Position numbers and translations under genes: made by a program. Positions 51,086 to 61,534 of a DNA stretch of 64,000 nt are shown piece by piece. The DNA is from Candidatus Kapaibacterium sp. (GTDB lineage Bacteria > Bacteroidota > Ignavibacteria > Kapaibacteriales > UBA2268). The first letter of the stretch is position 1; every line of letters begins with the position of its first letter. The notes under the pieces are model-generated. The model had not been told where the DNA came from and did not search any database. It was given only the letters and a program-made list of their open reading frames with translations. The DNA lies in contig OY761611.1 of assembly GCA_963664875.1 (NCBI GenBank), positions 160,001 through 224,000 of the forward strand, read 5' to 3'.

Positions 51086-52771
51086 ATGACCTATAAAAAG
51101 CTAAAAATATTCTTGCTGTTTCTCCTTATATCGTCTAATTTATCAGCAGAAGACTTGCTAAAAATCGCAAATGAGGAGCTGCAAAGGAATTATAACACAC
51201 TACAAAAACAAGAGATACCACCTTACTTTATTTCTTATTCTATTACAGAAACAGTTAGTAATTCGATTACTGCTTCTTTTGGTAGAATGATAAATAAATC
51301 TATAGACAATAAAAGTAGAATACTTGATATAGATTTGCGTGTAGGAGATTATCAGTTTGATAATACGCATATAATCAGAGGCAACCCATTTAACTTCGGT
51401 TCCGGAGCCGGTTCTGCTGTCCTTCCTTTTGATAATGACAAAGCAGCACTAACAAATGCAATGTGGTTCGCTACTGATAATTTATACAAAAATGCAACCG
51501 AAAGATACCAAAAAGCTCTTACAAACAAAGCTGTAAAAGTAGCTGAAGAAGATTCAAGTGCGGATTTTTCTAAAGAACCGAAAAATATTGATATAAGAGA
51601 GTTAGATAATTTAACTTTTGACGCAGCTAAATGGGAGAAAATTATTACAAATTTGTCTGCCGTTTTTGCTTCAGAACCTCTGATTTACAATGCTACGGTA
51701 TCCATCAATACAGAATTGAAACATAAGTTTTATGTCAGCACCGAAGGAACTACTCTGAGATGGTCAGAAAAGGGTGCGAGAATTATGGTGAGTGCTAAAA
51801 CAAAAGCAGAAGACGGTATGTCATTACCTCTTTATGAAAGTTACTTTGCCTTTAATCCTGATGAACTTCCGGATGAGGCAACAATAGCTAACGACATAAG
51901 AAAAATGATTAAATTGCTGGTAGAACTTAGAGAAGCTCCGGTTGCTACAACATTTACCGGTCCTGCTATACTCTCTGGTGAGGCTTCAGGAGTCTTTTTC
52001 CATGAAATATTTGGTCATAGGGTAGAAGGACATCGAGAAAAAGATCCAAATTCCTCACAAACATTTAAACAGTCGATAGGTCAGGAAATTTTGCCGGATT
52101 TTATTGACGTAGTATTTGACCCGACACTTAAAAAACTAAATGGGATTGATATTTCCGGCTACTATCCTTACGATGATGAAGGCGTAAAAGCTCAAAGAGT
52201 TGAAACAGTAAAAGATGGTAAATTTTCTCATTTTTTGATGTCCAGATCGCCAATTGAAGGATTTGCTAATTCTAACGGACACGGTAGAAAAGAACAAGGT
52301 TACAATGCTGTTTCCCGTCAGTCCAATCTCATTGTAGAATCTGCTAAAAGTGTTTCCAAAGACGAACTCAAAGAAAAGCTGAGAAATATCTGTAAAGAAC
52401 AAGGAAAAGATTATGGTTTGTATTTTGTAACCGTTTCAGGTGGATTTACGTTTACAAACAGAACTATTCCTAATGCGTTTAACGTAACTCCTCTTGTAGT
52501 TTACAAAATTTATGTCGATGGAAGACCGGATGAATTAGTTCGTGGTGTAGATTTGATTGGCACTCCTCTTACTACATTTTCTAATATTGTTGCAGCTGCA
52601 GATGACTTAGGCGTTTTCAACGGTATTTGTGGTGCAGAGTCCGGTGGAGTTCCTGTTTCGGCTTGTTCTCCTTCCTTGTTAGTTTCTACTATAGAAGTAC
52701 AGAAAAAGAAGAAATCGCAGGCAAAACCACCTATTCTTCCTTCGCCTGTAAAAGCAACACTAAATCCTTAA
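51086..52771 (+). CDS. TldD-family metalloprotease with signal peptide
   Basis: FFHEIFGHRVEG (HExxxH), DDEGV, SNGHGR, GICG; N-terminal KKLKIFLLFLLISSNLSA. Confidence 0.87.
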   Translation: MTYKKLKIFLLFLLISSNLSAEDLLKIANEELQRNYNTLQKQEIPPYFISYSITETVSNSITASFGRMINKSIDNKSRILDIDLRVGDYQFDNTHIIRGNPFNFGSGAGSAVLPFDNDKAALTNAMWFATDNLYKNATERYQKALTNKAVKVAEEDSSADFSKEPKNIDIRELDNLTFDAAKWEKIITNLSAVFASEPLIYNATVSINTELKHKFYVSTEGTTLRWSEKGARIMVSAKTKAEDGMSLPLYESYFAFNPDELPDEATIANDIRKMIKLLVELREAPVATTFTGPAILSGEASGVFFHEIFGHRVEGHREKDPNSSQTFKQSIGQEILPDFIDVVFDPTLKKLNGIDISGYYPYDDEGVKAQRVETVKDGKFSHFLMSRSPIEGFANSNGHGRKEQGYNAVSRQSNLIVESAKSVSKDELKEKLRNICKEQGKDYGLYFVTVSGGFTFTNRTIPNAFNVTPLVVYKIYVDGRPDELVRGVDLIGTPLTTFSNIVAAADDLGVFNGICGAESGGVPVSACSPSLLVSTIEVQKKKKSQAKPPILPSPVKATLNP

Positions 52772-52790
52772 TTTATAGATAGGAAGTGAG

Positions 52791-53321
52791 ATGTCGATAT
52801 ACAAAGAAAAACAAAAATTTGACTCTAAATGGTTGAGAGGCTTGTTGATTATTGGCTTTTTTGTGCCCATATTGATTTTGCTTTATGGTAGTTACAGACA
52901 GCTGATATTGGGTATTCCTTTTGGAGATAATCCAACAAGCGACGGCGGCTTAATACTAACATTAGTTATGCTTTTAGTATTTGGCAGTGTCATATTCTAT
53001 ATATTCTTCAAATCAGAAATGATTGTAGAAGTTGATGAAACCAAGATTTCTGTCAAGTTTTTTCCTTTGATATGGACTGAAAGGATATATAAAAAAGAAG
53101 ATATTGCAGCGATTTCTGTTGAAACTTACAATTCGCTTACAAGATACGGCGGATGGGGGTTAAGGTACAGAAGTCGAAAAGAAATGGCAATAAATACCGC
53201 AGGGAATAAGGGTGTTTTACTGACTTTGCATAATGGTAGAAAGATTATGTTAGGGTCAAAAACAGCAGACGAATTGGCGGATGCTATCAATCAAATGTTA
53301 AACAACAAAACCGGAATATAG
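52791..53321 (+). CDS. Membrane protein with bacterial PH-like domain (DUF6141-like)
   Basis: Two TM, YGGWGLRY, GNKGV, IMLGS. Confidence 0.7.
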   Translation: MSIYKEKQKFDSKWLRGLLIIGFFVPILILLYGSYRQLILGIPFGDNPTSDGGLILTLVMLLVFGSVIFYIFFKSEMIVEVDETKISVKFFPLIWTERIYKKEDIAAISVETYNSLTRYGGWGLRYRSRKEMAINTAGNKGVLLTLHNGRKIMLGSKTADELADAINQMLNNKTGI

Positions 53322-53322
53322 A

Positions 53323-55074
53323 ATGAATAAAGTGATTATTTTATTGTTGTTATGCTTTCCATTTATTGCAAAGGCAAATGACAATGAGCAAATTCTTAAA
53401 GCAATGAGAGATGAAATATCTCGCTCTATGGAAGAGCTAAAATTGGATAACCTCGAAAAGCCTTACTATATAGAATACTCTATTAGTATCATGGATTCTT
53501 ATGCAGTCAAAGCAGAACTTGGTGCAGTTAATGAAACTACTCAAAACAAATTTGCAAGACTTACTGTCGGGGTCAGAGTAGGAGACTATACTTTTGATAA
53601 TTCGAATTTCTTCGATGTTGGTCTTAGTTTCTTTGGCTCAAGTGACGATGAAGAAAGATATAAATCAAGAAGAATCCCTTTTGATTTAGATTATAATTCG
53701 CTGAGAAGGGAGCTTTGGTTAGCTACTGACGCTGCATACAAACAGTCAGCTGAGCTTCTTTCAAAAAAAGAAGCTGCTTTGAAAAATAGAATGAGAAAAG
53801 ATACAACCCATGATTTTCTAAGGGTAACTCCCAAAAAATCATTTGATATTGTACCTTATCCTGTATTTGATGTGAATTATTTTCAAAACGTTGCAGAAAA
53901 ACTTTCCGGTATTTTCAAAGATGTACCTGAAGTACAGGTCTCTGGTTGCAATATTGAGTTTCAGCCACAAACTATTTACTATGTCAATTCTGAAGGCATG
54001 GAGTATATCAAAACTCAGTTTTTTACAGGCTTAGAAGTTCTTACCGCTACTCAGGCAAAAGACGGGATGCCATTGGCTGATTTTTATACTACATACTCTG
54101 CCTATCCTCAGGATTTGCCAAATTTGGATTCGCTGACAAAGGCTGTTAATATTGTGAAAAACAATATTGTGAATTTAGTCTCTGCCAATGCTTTAGAAGA
54201 GACTTATGCAGGCCCGGTACTTTTTAGCCAACAGGCAGCTGCTGAGATATTTGCTCAGATTTTTGCTCCAAACCTTGTAGCACAAAGAGAATCTCTAACA
54301 GAAGGCGGAGTTCAGACTTCAGACAGATACAGTGCATTTCAGCGTAAGATAGGAGGGAGAGTCCTCCCTGAATTTTTATCTGTAGATGCTGTGCCTACAA
54401 AAAATGAGATTGAAGGAGTCAAACTACTTGGTAATTATAAAATCGATGACGACGGACTTGCTCCACAAGATTTAATCTTGGTGAAAGATGGGTATTTGAA
54501 AAATCTTTTGTCTTCGAGAGTTCCTACCAGAAGAGTTAGAGAATCTAACGGACATAAGCGAGGCGGTGCTCCGATGTTCAGCAATCTTGTTTTGAAAGCA
54601 AATGAAAATGCACAATCATATCAAGATTTAAAAGAAAAGATGATTCAGCTTTGCAAAGATAGAGAGCTTCCTTATGGAATTATTATCAAAAAAGTTATGA
54701 ACCAAAATCTGATGTACACCTCATATTACAGGATGACAAAAGGTGCAATTACTTTCCCAAGATCACAAGATGAAATATTTGCTCTTGAAGCTTATAAAAT
54801 ATTTCCTGATGGTAGAGAGGAACTTGTAAGAGGGACATCTGCTAAAGGATTTACAGTTCAGTCATTCAAAGATATTATTCAGGTTGGAAACAAAGCGCAT
54901 GTTTACAGTTTGCTTGCTCCATCTGTCATTTCATCTTTTATGACCGGTGGAGACAGATTTGTTTCTGCTTCAATAGTTACTCCGGATTTGCTATTTGAAG
55001 ACGGTGAAATACGAGTAATCGAAGACGATTTCAACAAACTGCCTTTTGTAGAATCGCCATTGACTTCAAAATAA
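53323..55074 (+). CDS. TldE/PmbA-like partner with signal peptide
   Basis: Paralogous to 51086 gene, lacks HExxxH; signal peptide ending AKA. Confidence 0.83.
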   Translation: MNKVIILLLLCFPFIAKANDNEQILKAMRDEISRSMEELKLDNLEKPYYIEYSISIMDSYAVKAELGAVNETTQNKFARLTVGVRVGDYTFDNSNFFDVGLSFFGSSDDEERYKSRRIPFDLDYNSLRRELWLATDAAYKQSAELLSKKEAALKNRMRKDTTHDFLRVTPKKSFDIVPYPVFDVNYFQNVAEKLSGIFKDVPEVQVSGCNIEFQPQTIYYVNSEGMEYIKTQFFTGLEVLTATQAKDGMPLADFYTTYSAYPQDLPNLDSLTKAVNIVKNNIVNLVSANALEETYAGPVLFSQQAAAEIFAQIFAPNLVAQRESLTEGGVQTSDRYSAFQRKIGGRVLPEFLSVDAVPTKNEIEGVKLLGNYKIDDDGLAPQDLILVKDGYLKNLLSSRVPTRRVRESNGHKRGGAPMFSNLVLKANENAQSYQDLKEKMIQLCKDRELPYGIIIKKVMNQNLMYTSYYRMTKGAITFPRSQDEIFALEAYKIFPDGREELVRGTSAKGFTVQSFKDIIQVGNKAHVYSLLAPSVISSFMTGGDRFVSASIVTPDLLFEDGEIRVIEDDFNKLPFVESPLTSK

Positions 55075-55094
55075 TCTTACGATTTTAAGATGAC

Positions 55095-55135
55095 AAAGAC
55101 TGCTTATATCATTCCGGTATGAACAGTCTTTTTTT
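55095..55135 (+). terminator. Intrinsic terminator
   Basis: AAAGACTG...CAGTCTTT + T-run. Confidence 0.7.
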
Positions 55136-55288
55136 ATTAACAGTATTACCTAAATATCTGTCTATATAAAATGTTTTCTTATTAAAAACGTAAATGTTAT
55201 ATCGGAAAATATATAATTGGCTTTGATTTGCTTAGCGTGTTGAAGCCTCTACCAAAGATAATAATGATGCTTAAACGGAGATAGTTAT

Positions 55289-56566
55289 ATGAACGTCAGA
55301 ACGCAGGCGGAATACAACAGAATTGTAAAAATTAGACAGCAGAAAATCTATCAGGAACTGCTAAGTCAGGATCAGTCTGTTATATTTGATGACCCGCTTG
55401 AAAATGATATGGTATTGAATATGGGCCCTCAGCACCCTGCAACTCACGGAGTGCTTCGTGTGGTTCTGAGACTTGATGGTGAAAAGATTATTAAATGTGT
55501 ACCTGAGGTAGGTTATCTGCATAGAGGGTACGAAAAATTAGCCGAAAATACTACATACCACGAGTTTATTCCACATACAGACAGGATGGATTATATTGCT
55601 CCATTGTCTAATAATACTGCAATATCACTTGCTATTGAAAATGCTCTCGGAATAGAAGCACCACCGCGGGCTCAGTGGATTAGAACATTAGTGTCAGAAA
55701 TGGCAAGAATTTCTTCACATTTGATGGCTGTTGGCTCCACTTGTATGGACGTTGGTGCTTTGACAGTTCTTCTCTGGTGTTTCACGGAAAGAGAAAAACT
55801 GTATGACATCATCGAAGAATTTACCGGTGCTCGCTTCACAACAAGTTACGGTAGAATAGGCGGTGTTGCTAATGACATCAGCGGAAAAGCTATTGCTATG
55901 ATGAAAAAGTGGATGGATGAGTTCCCACAGCAACTCGAAGATATTGGGAAACTCGTGCATAGGAATAGAATATTTATAGATCGTATGGCAGGTATTGGTA
56001 TCTTACCTGCTGATAAGGCTATTCAGATGGGAGCTACCGGCCCATTGTTACGTGGTTCCGGTGTGGCACGTGATTTGAGAAGAGACAGACCTTATTTGCT
56101 ATATAATCAGCTTGATTTTGATGTAATTACTCAAACAGAAGGTGACGTTTGGGCAAGATATATGGTTCGATTCAAAGAGATGACTGAATCACTTAAAATG
56201 ATGAGACAGTTGTTGGAAAACCCACCTGAAGGTCCGGTAAGAAATAATGATTCTCACAAAGCAGTTCTTCCTAAAAAGCAAAATGTATATACAAAAATGG
56301 AAGAGTTGATTAACGACTTTATGCTAATCAATTTCGGTGCTGCTCCTGAGAAAGGTGAAACATATACTACCATAGAATCACCAAAAGGTGAGCTTGGATT
56401 CTATATAGTTTCAGACGGAACGGGGCATCCGTGGAAGATGAAAATACGCTCTCCATCGACTTCTAACCTGCAATTGCTATCTTATCTGACAGAAGGTTCG
56501 AACCTCGCAGATGTTGTGGCTATTATTGGTTCCATTGACCCAATCATGGGTGAAGCTGATAAATAA
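55289..56566 (+). CDS. nuoD: NADH-quinone oxidoreductase subunit D (stand-alone)
   Basis: NMGPQHPATHGVLR, GYLHRG, DRMDY, ESPKGELG, GEADK; no Ni-binding CxxC. Confidence 0.95.
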   Translation: MNVRTQAEYNRIVKIRQQKIYQELLSQDQSVIFDDPLENDMVLNMGPQHPATHGVLRVVLRLDGEKIIKCVPEVGYLHRGYEKLAENTTYHEFIPHTDRMDYIAPLSNNTAISLAIENALGIEAPPRAQWIRTLVSEMARISSHLMAVGSTCMDVGALTVLLWCFTEREKLYDIIEEFTGARFTTSYGRIGGVANDISGKAIAMMKKWMDEFPQQLEDIGKLVHRNRIFIDRMAGIGILPADKAIQMGATGPLLRGSGVARDLRRDRPYLLYNQLDFDVITQTEGDVWARYMVRFKEMTESLKMMRQLLENPPEGPVRNNDSHKAVLPKKQNVYTKMEELINDFMLINFGAAPEKGETYTTIESPKGELGFYIVSDGTGHPWKMKIRSPSTSNLQLLSYLTEGSNLADVVAIIGSIDPIMGEADK

Positions 56567-56589
56567 CAAAAACTTATTTGTATTAAATC

Positions 56590-56624
56590 AAAACGCTGCT
56601 TATTTTTAAGGAGCGTTTTTTTTT
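56590..56624 (+). terminator. Intrinsic terminator
   Basis: AAAACGCT..CTTA/TAAG..AGCGTTTT + T-run. Confidence 0.75.
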
Positions 56625-56641
56625 ATAAATGTTTAGATAAA

Positions 56642-57277
56642 ATGAATAGAGAAAGAAGAAAATATTTGAACGAAAAAGGTGAACTCAAAAATTGTATAAC
56701 AAAGAAGCGATTAGCTAAGTTGGAATCAGTACTCTCAAAAAGACAGCCGGGAGTAACGATTGTTCTTGAAAACATAAACGACCCTCACAATATTTCCGCT
56801 GTAATTCGAAGCTGCGATGCAGTAGGAATAATCGATGTTTATCTTATCTATTATGGCTCTCAACCTGTTCCAAAACTCGGCAATGCCAGTTCAGGAAGTG
56901 CAAAAAAATGGGTTGACGTAAAAATGTTTCATTCGGTAGAAGATTGTTTCGATGAACTTAGAGCTAAAGGCAAAAAGATATATACAACTCACATGAGCCG
57001 TGATGCTATATCTCTTTATGAGCTCGATTTGACCGGGAAAGTAGCTCTTGTCTTTGGAAATGAGCATGCAGGTGTTTCTGATGAGGCAGTAGAGAAGGCT
57101 GATGGTAATTTCCTCATTCCGCAGGTTGGTATGACGCAAAGTCTAAATATATCAGTAGCTTGTGCAGTAACATTGTATGAAGTATATCGACAAAGAAGTA
57201 ACGTCGGCAAATATGACGAACTCCAAATGAGTGAATCACAATATCAAACAAGGCTGGAAGATTGGATGTGCAGATAA
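56642..57277 (+). CDS. trmH: tRNA Gm18 2'-O-methyltransferase (SpoU family)
   Basis: DPHNISAVIRSCDAVG, FGNEHAGVS, IPQVGMTQSLNISVA. Confidence 0.88.
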   Translation: MNRERRKYLNEKGELKNCITKKRLAKLESVLSKRQPGVTIVLENINDPHNISAVIRSCDAVGIIDVYLIYYGSQPVPKLGNASSGSAKKWVDVKMFHSVEDCFDELRAKGKKIYTTHMSRDAISLYELDLTGKVALVFGNEHAGVSDEAVEKADGNFLIPQVGMTQSLNISVACAVTLYEVYRQRSNVGKYDELQMSESQYQTRLEDWMCR

Positions 57278-57455
57278 TACAGTTTTAGCGTATTTATTAA
57301 TTATAGTTTTCTAAGGACAAGCTTCCTTAAATAAATAACAGAAAGTGTTTGTATTAGAAAATTTAAAATATATATGCAAAGGTTTAATATTGCACTTGTT
57401 GATTGTGTAAGAATTAAGTAATTTGCTGTATTAAACAAATTATCTGAGCAAAAAA

Positions 57456-59531
57456 ATGAGATTCTTCTTTTTGGTGATTTCGACTTTTCTGTTGACTTTG
57501 TTTCAAGTGACAGCGAAAGAGTATGAGCAAATTAAGATTCCTGCGCCATTTTGTGCATACAGTGCCTTATATGATGGGGTTGATTTTTATTATTCTTATT
57601 TTGGCGTGTTTAAAAGCACTGATATGGGGCAGAGCTTCACTAAACTATGTTCCTTACATTGCCTCGACGGAAACATAATAGATATGCAAAAAGATTCTTA
57701 TGCTGTACACTCTTTGTATCAAACTAAGTCTGGAATCTTGCTGGCTGCTGTGACTGACCAAAATATCATTTATTCTCAAAATGATGGAGTTGATTGGTTT
57801 GAGACTACCTTAAAATCGGAAGGAAACGAAGTATTTTGGGAGCATGGCGATACTCTTTATTTAGTCAACTACGGGCAACTTTATCTATCTCCGGATTCAG
57901 GGAAAACTTGGGAAATATTCCTGGCACGACAACATGTAGCAAATGATAAAATGAGAGACAGCTATTTGCTAAACGATACTTTATATCTTATTAGCAAAGA
58001 CATGGAATCCCAAAATAATTGCATTATCCGACAAACTGATTTGAATGCTATGCATACAGATTCCTATTTGCCGGAAATAGATATCGATTATTTATATTCT
58101 TTCCGCAACGAGCTTTGTGCTTATGATAATGCAAAATTATATAGGAGAGATGCCTCAAAAAAGTGGACTCAAACTGTAGATATAACTCAAAAAATTAAAG
58201 CATTATTCAATAATACAAACGAGTACATTTACCCTCTGACCTTTATGGTAGAGAAGAATATTATGCTGTTTGGTTTTTGGACTAAAGCAAGCATCCCGGA
58301 AACACATATGGAGTATGCAGTCAGTTATGACAACGGAGAATCTTGGATTTTAGTAAATTGGAATAATTCCAATGATTTAAATACAGAAATTAAGGTCGTA
58401 AATAATAACTTATATATAGTTGCAAGAGATTTTTATAGATATGATAAAAATTCAAATATTTTTACGACTTTAGGATTCAAATCTCTAAATATCTTTCAAC
58501 CTTATTATTACAGGGATACAAATCTAGGACAAATGTACTGCGATGATCAGCAAAAATGGTACGTAAAAATAGGGGACGAGTGGTTAGAAAACAAAGATTA
58601 TATAAACGCTTATATGACTTTTGGGAGCTCGTTTTACAAGATTGATGATTCAAATTCTCGCCTCTTTTCGTATGGAGTAGATGATTTAGTTATCTCTGAT
58701 AGCGTTTACAGCTTTGAAGTAACCGAGGAAAACATTGATTACGATGTTATGAAGTTGAACCATAATTCTTCCGGCAAGTATTGTTTAGTTAAGAATGGTG
58801 AGGTTCGAGCGAAGTATGAAAATGTAGATGGATTTGATATTGATAATTCAGGGAATTTTGTTTATTACAAATTTACTTTTAAGAAAGCACATACTTTCTA
58901 TTTTGGTAATGTAAATTCAATAGATATTGATTCGATTGCTCTTACAAATCTTGATACCAAAGTTAAACTGAATAATTTTCAAATATCTGATAATAAGTTG
59001 TCTTTCGAAAGCAATGAAATGTACTATGTATCTCTCGATAAGTTAAACGAAGTCTTTTCATTTGCAAAATCTGACTTTTACACTACTCAGATATTCTTGA
59101 AAAATCAAAAATATTATGTAGGGACAAAATCCGGATTGTTAGAATCCATAGATGGTAAAATCTGGAATCCTACCCTTGAAATTGGAGAAAAATATAGTAT
59201 TTACTCACTTGAGTTTTCACCCGATAATCGAATATATATTTATACGGATAAAGGTTTATTTATTACTGATATAGATGTATCAATTATAGAGCAACTCACA
59301 AGTAAGAATTCAGAAATTTCAATATTTCCCAATCCTGCTGCTGATTTTATCGAAGTAAAATCCAAATCAAATATAGAGATTAAAGGGATTTGGCGGATTG
59401 ATGGCAAAAGCTGTATCTATAATAGTACGAATAATACATTGTATCTGAATGATTTACCTAATGGACAATACATTTTGGAAGTGCTTGTAGATGGAATTAG
59501 ACATTTTAAAAAATTTGCTGTTGTTCGATAG
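57456..59531 (+). CDS. T9SS-secreted propeller-like protein
   Basis: Signal peptide, Asp-box repeats (STDMG, SPDSGKTW, SYDNGESW), CTD IFPNPA...GQYIL...KKFAVVR. Confidence 0.8.
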   Translation: MRFFFLVISTFLLTLFQVTAKEYEQIKIPAPFCAYSALYDGVDFYYSYFGVFKSTDMGQSFTKLCSLHCLDGNIIDMQKDSYAVHSLYQTKSGILLAAVTDQNIIYSQNDGVDWFETTLKSEGNEVFWEHGDTLYLVNYGQLYLSPDSGKTWEIFLARQHVANDKMRDSYLLNDTLYLISKDMESQNNCIIRQTDLNAMHTDSYLPEIDIDYLYSFRNELCAYDNAKLYRRDASKKWTQTVDITQKIKALFNNTNEYIYPLTFMVEKNIMLFGFWTKASIPETHMEYAVSYDNGESWILVNWNNSNDLNTEIKVVNNNLYIVARDFYRYDKNSNIFTTLGFKSLNIFQPYYYRDTNLGQMYCDDQQKWYVKIGDEWLENKDYINAYMTFGSSFYKIDDSNSRLFSYGVDDLVISDSVYSFEVTEENIDYDVMKLNHNSSGKYCLVKNGEVRAKYENVDGFDIDNSGNFVYYKFTFKKAHTFYFGNVNSIDIDSIALTNLDTKVKLNNFQISDNKLSFESNEMYYVSLDKLNEVFSFAKSDFYTTQIFLKNQKYYVGTKSGLLESIDGKIWNPTLEIGEKYSIYSLEFSPDNRIYIYTDKGLFITDIDVSIIEQLTSKNSEISIFPNPAADFIEVKSKSNIEIKGIWRIDGKSCIYNSTNNTLYLNDLPNGQYILEVLVDGIRHFKKFAVVR

Positions 59532-59699
59532 TTCTACTGATGTTTGAAGTAGGTCTGAATAACTGTTTTCCTTTTTAAGTAAAAAAAATTGCGAACTTTG
59601 AAACCTTTTGTTTGAACATAGCGTATTATAGTATAATTAGTGCTGACTAATGTAAAATGTGCTGCTAAATGTTCTTTCACAAAACTAATGAGGTTTATC

Positions 59700-60218
59700 A
59701 TGTTACGCAAAACTATCTTAATCGCTGCCTGCGTGGCTCTTATACCATTTTCCGGTTTGAAGTCTCAGGACTTATTGATTCCGACTAATCCAAATCGTTT
59801 TGTCATAAATCAAATGCAAAATGCACAAGATTTGGATGTAAAAAAAATTGATGCTTCTAAGCATAAAGATGCACCAAAAGGGAAACAAGACAAAACTAAC
59901 AGACTTGTTTATAACGAATTAGGCAATTCTGTTGCTTCTATATCACAAGTCGAAAAACCTGCAGCAATTCTGAATTTGCCGGAAACAAGCTGTTGCAACT
60001 TAGACCAGATTAATTCCAGACAAATTCTAATTTCGACTGCGAATTATAAAGGTGAGATTATTTTGAGAATTTTGGATTCCAAAGGGAAATTTGTATATAA
60101 TGAAGTTATGCATTTAGATAGCAATATCTATTTTGACTTGAATTTTCTTTCTCCCGGTAAATACAAAGCTATTGTAATGGGAGCAGGATTTACCAGAGAG
60201 ATTTCAATTAGCATTTAA
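59700..60218 (+). CDS. Small exported protein with T9SS CTD-like C-terminus
   Basis: Start after GAGGT; signal peptide; ILDSKGKFV...LSPGKY. Confidence 0.6.
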   Translation: MLRKTILIAACVALIPFSGLKSQDLLIPTNPNRFVINQMQNAQDLDVKKIDASKHKDAPKGKQDKTNRLVYNELGNSVASISQVEKPAAILNLPETSCCNLDQINSRQILISTANYKGEIILRILDSKGKFVYNEVMHLDSNIYFDLNFLSPGKYKAIVMGAGFTREISISI

Positions 60219-60268
60219 CAATAATATAAACAGTGCATTTCTGATGGGGCTACCGGATATTTATATTC

Positions 60269-61120
60269 TTAGCCCCTTTTTTTATTTGACTTCAGAACTA
60301 TATCTCCTAAAGAAACATTTAAGTGTGATGCTATAACTTTACATTTTGCTTTGAGCAAAAAGTAAATATTTCTGTTCTCATCAGACAAGCCTTCGAAATT
60401 GCCTTGTCCTTTGCTTATTATCAAATCAGCATCATTATACAAATCAAGGAACTCTTCATTGCACAAATCTAATATAGTACCGGGAGCAGGGCAACCGGAC
60501 GAAATGAGATTTGCTACTTCGTGCAATCCTGATAGACGTGCTTCCTTAAGAGTGGCATCATTGATTATTGGAGTTTCTCTTACTGCATAAGTAATTGGTT
60601 TATCAATGGTTTCTATAAGTAATTTGTCAAAGACTGTTTCTCCGGAATTATCTCCAAGATACAAGATGCGTCTTGCTTTAAGAATATCATTTTTAAAATC
60701 TTCATAGTCAAAAATCGCAAAATCCTGTTTCAATATTTTTTGAATATCTTCTTCCAAACTAAAATCAGTTTTAACCCCTAAGTCTATGACATTACCTGCG
60801 ATTGAAAGCCTTATAGCAGTTAAAAGTGGCTCTTTACTATCTTGTATCAAGATTTTCAAAGACTCAAACAGCTTATTTGCTTCTTCGATATGTGCAAGCT
60901 TTAAAGATTTGTAAGGGTCGATATTTCCGGTAATTTCTGAAACAGTTTGATACATTTTTACACTCAACTGAGGCGGTGGAAGCAGCATACTCATGTTCCT
61001 GAACATTTCGCCTGTTCTGTCAAGTATTTCTTTGATTTTTGCCTCATCCTGAGTAGCTAACCTTGCAGTTTTGAGAGCCTGTTCCATTATGCAGGGAAAG
61101 CAGTCCAAAAATGTCTTCAT
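60269..61120 (-). CDS. DUF89/ARMT1-like damage-control phosphatase
   Basis: DCFPC, DPYK, AGNVID, DNSGE, KGQGNFE, KAKC. Confidence 0.9.
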   Translation of the reverse strand: MKTFLDCFPCIMEQALKTARLATQDEAKIKEILDRTGEMFRNMSMLLPPPQLSVKMYQTVSEITGNIDPYKSLKLAHIEEANKLFESLKILIQDSKEPLLTAIRLSIAGNVIDLGVKTDFSLEEDIQKILKQDFAIFDYEDFKNDILKARRILYLGDNSGETVFDKLLIETIDKPITYAVRETPIINDATLKEARLSGLHEVANLISSGCPAPGTILDLCNEEFLDLYNDADLIISKGQGNFEGLSDENRNIYFLLKAKCKVIASHLNVSLGDIVLKSNKKRG

Positions 61121-61189
61121 GATTTTCTTTGATTAGTTTAAGTATAATCTATTAGATACAAGCTACCAATAAATGCAGAGAAGAACTAA

Positions 61190-61528
61190 CTACATTTCGC
61201 TTAATTTATTTTCTTTAAACGCAGCATACGCATCGGCCACGCTCATATCTCCGGCTCCGATATATATTTTGATGCCTGTTTTTTCTAAAACTGTATATGC
61301 GTTACCGCCCGGACCATTTCCTGTGATAAGAGCATCAATCCCAAGACCTGAAATTTTCTGTGCTGTTTTAGGCCCGGCTCCGTGAGCTTCCTGAGCTATT
61401 TCGGAATTGTCAAGAACTTCTATATTTTCAGACTCTGAGTCGTAAATCAAAATATAATCAGTTCGTCCAAAACGTGGATCTATTAGGGACTGAAAATCCA
61501 TTCCGGTGGTTGTGAAAGCTAATTTCAT
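61190..61528 (-). CDS. NifB/NifX-family (ORP-like) metallocluster-binding protein
   Basis: PRFGR, HGAG, ITGNGPG. Confidence 0.87.
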   Translation of the reverse strand: MKLAFTTTGMDFQSLIDPRFGRTDYILIYDSESENIEVLDNSEIAQEAHGAGPKTAQKISGLGIDALITGNGPGGNAYTVLEKTGIKIYIGAGDMSVADAYAAFKENKLSEM

Positions 61529-61534
61529 ACTTGA

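Noticed and set aside
55289-56566. NiFe-hydrogenase large subunit
   Set aside because: Lacks both CxxC nickel-binding motifs; has the NuoD quinone-site motifs.
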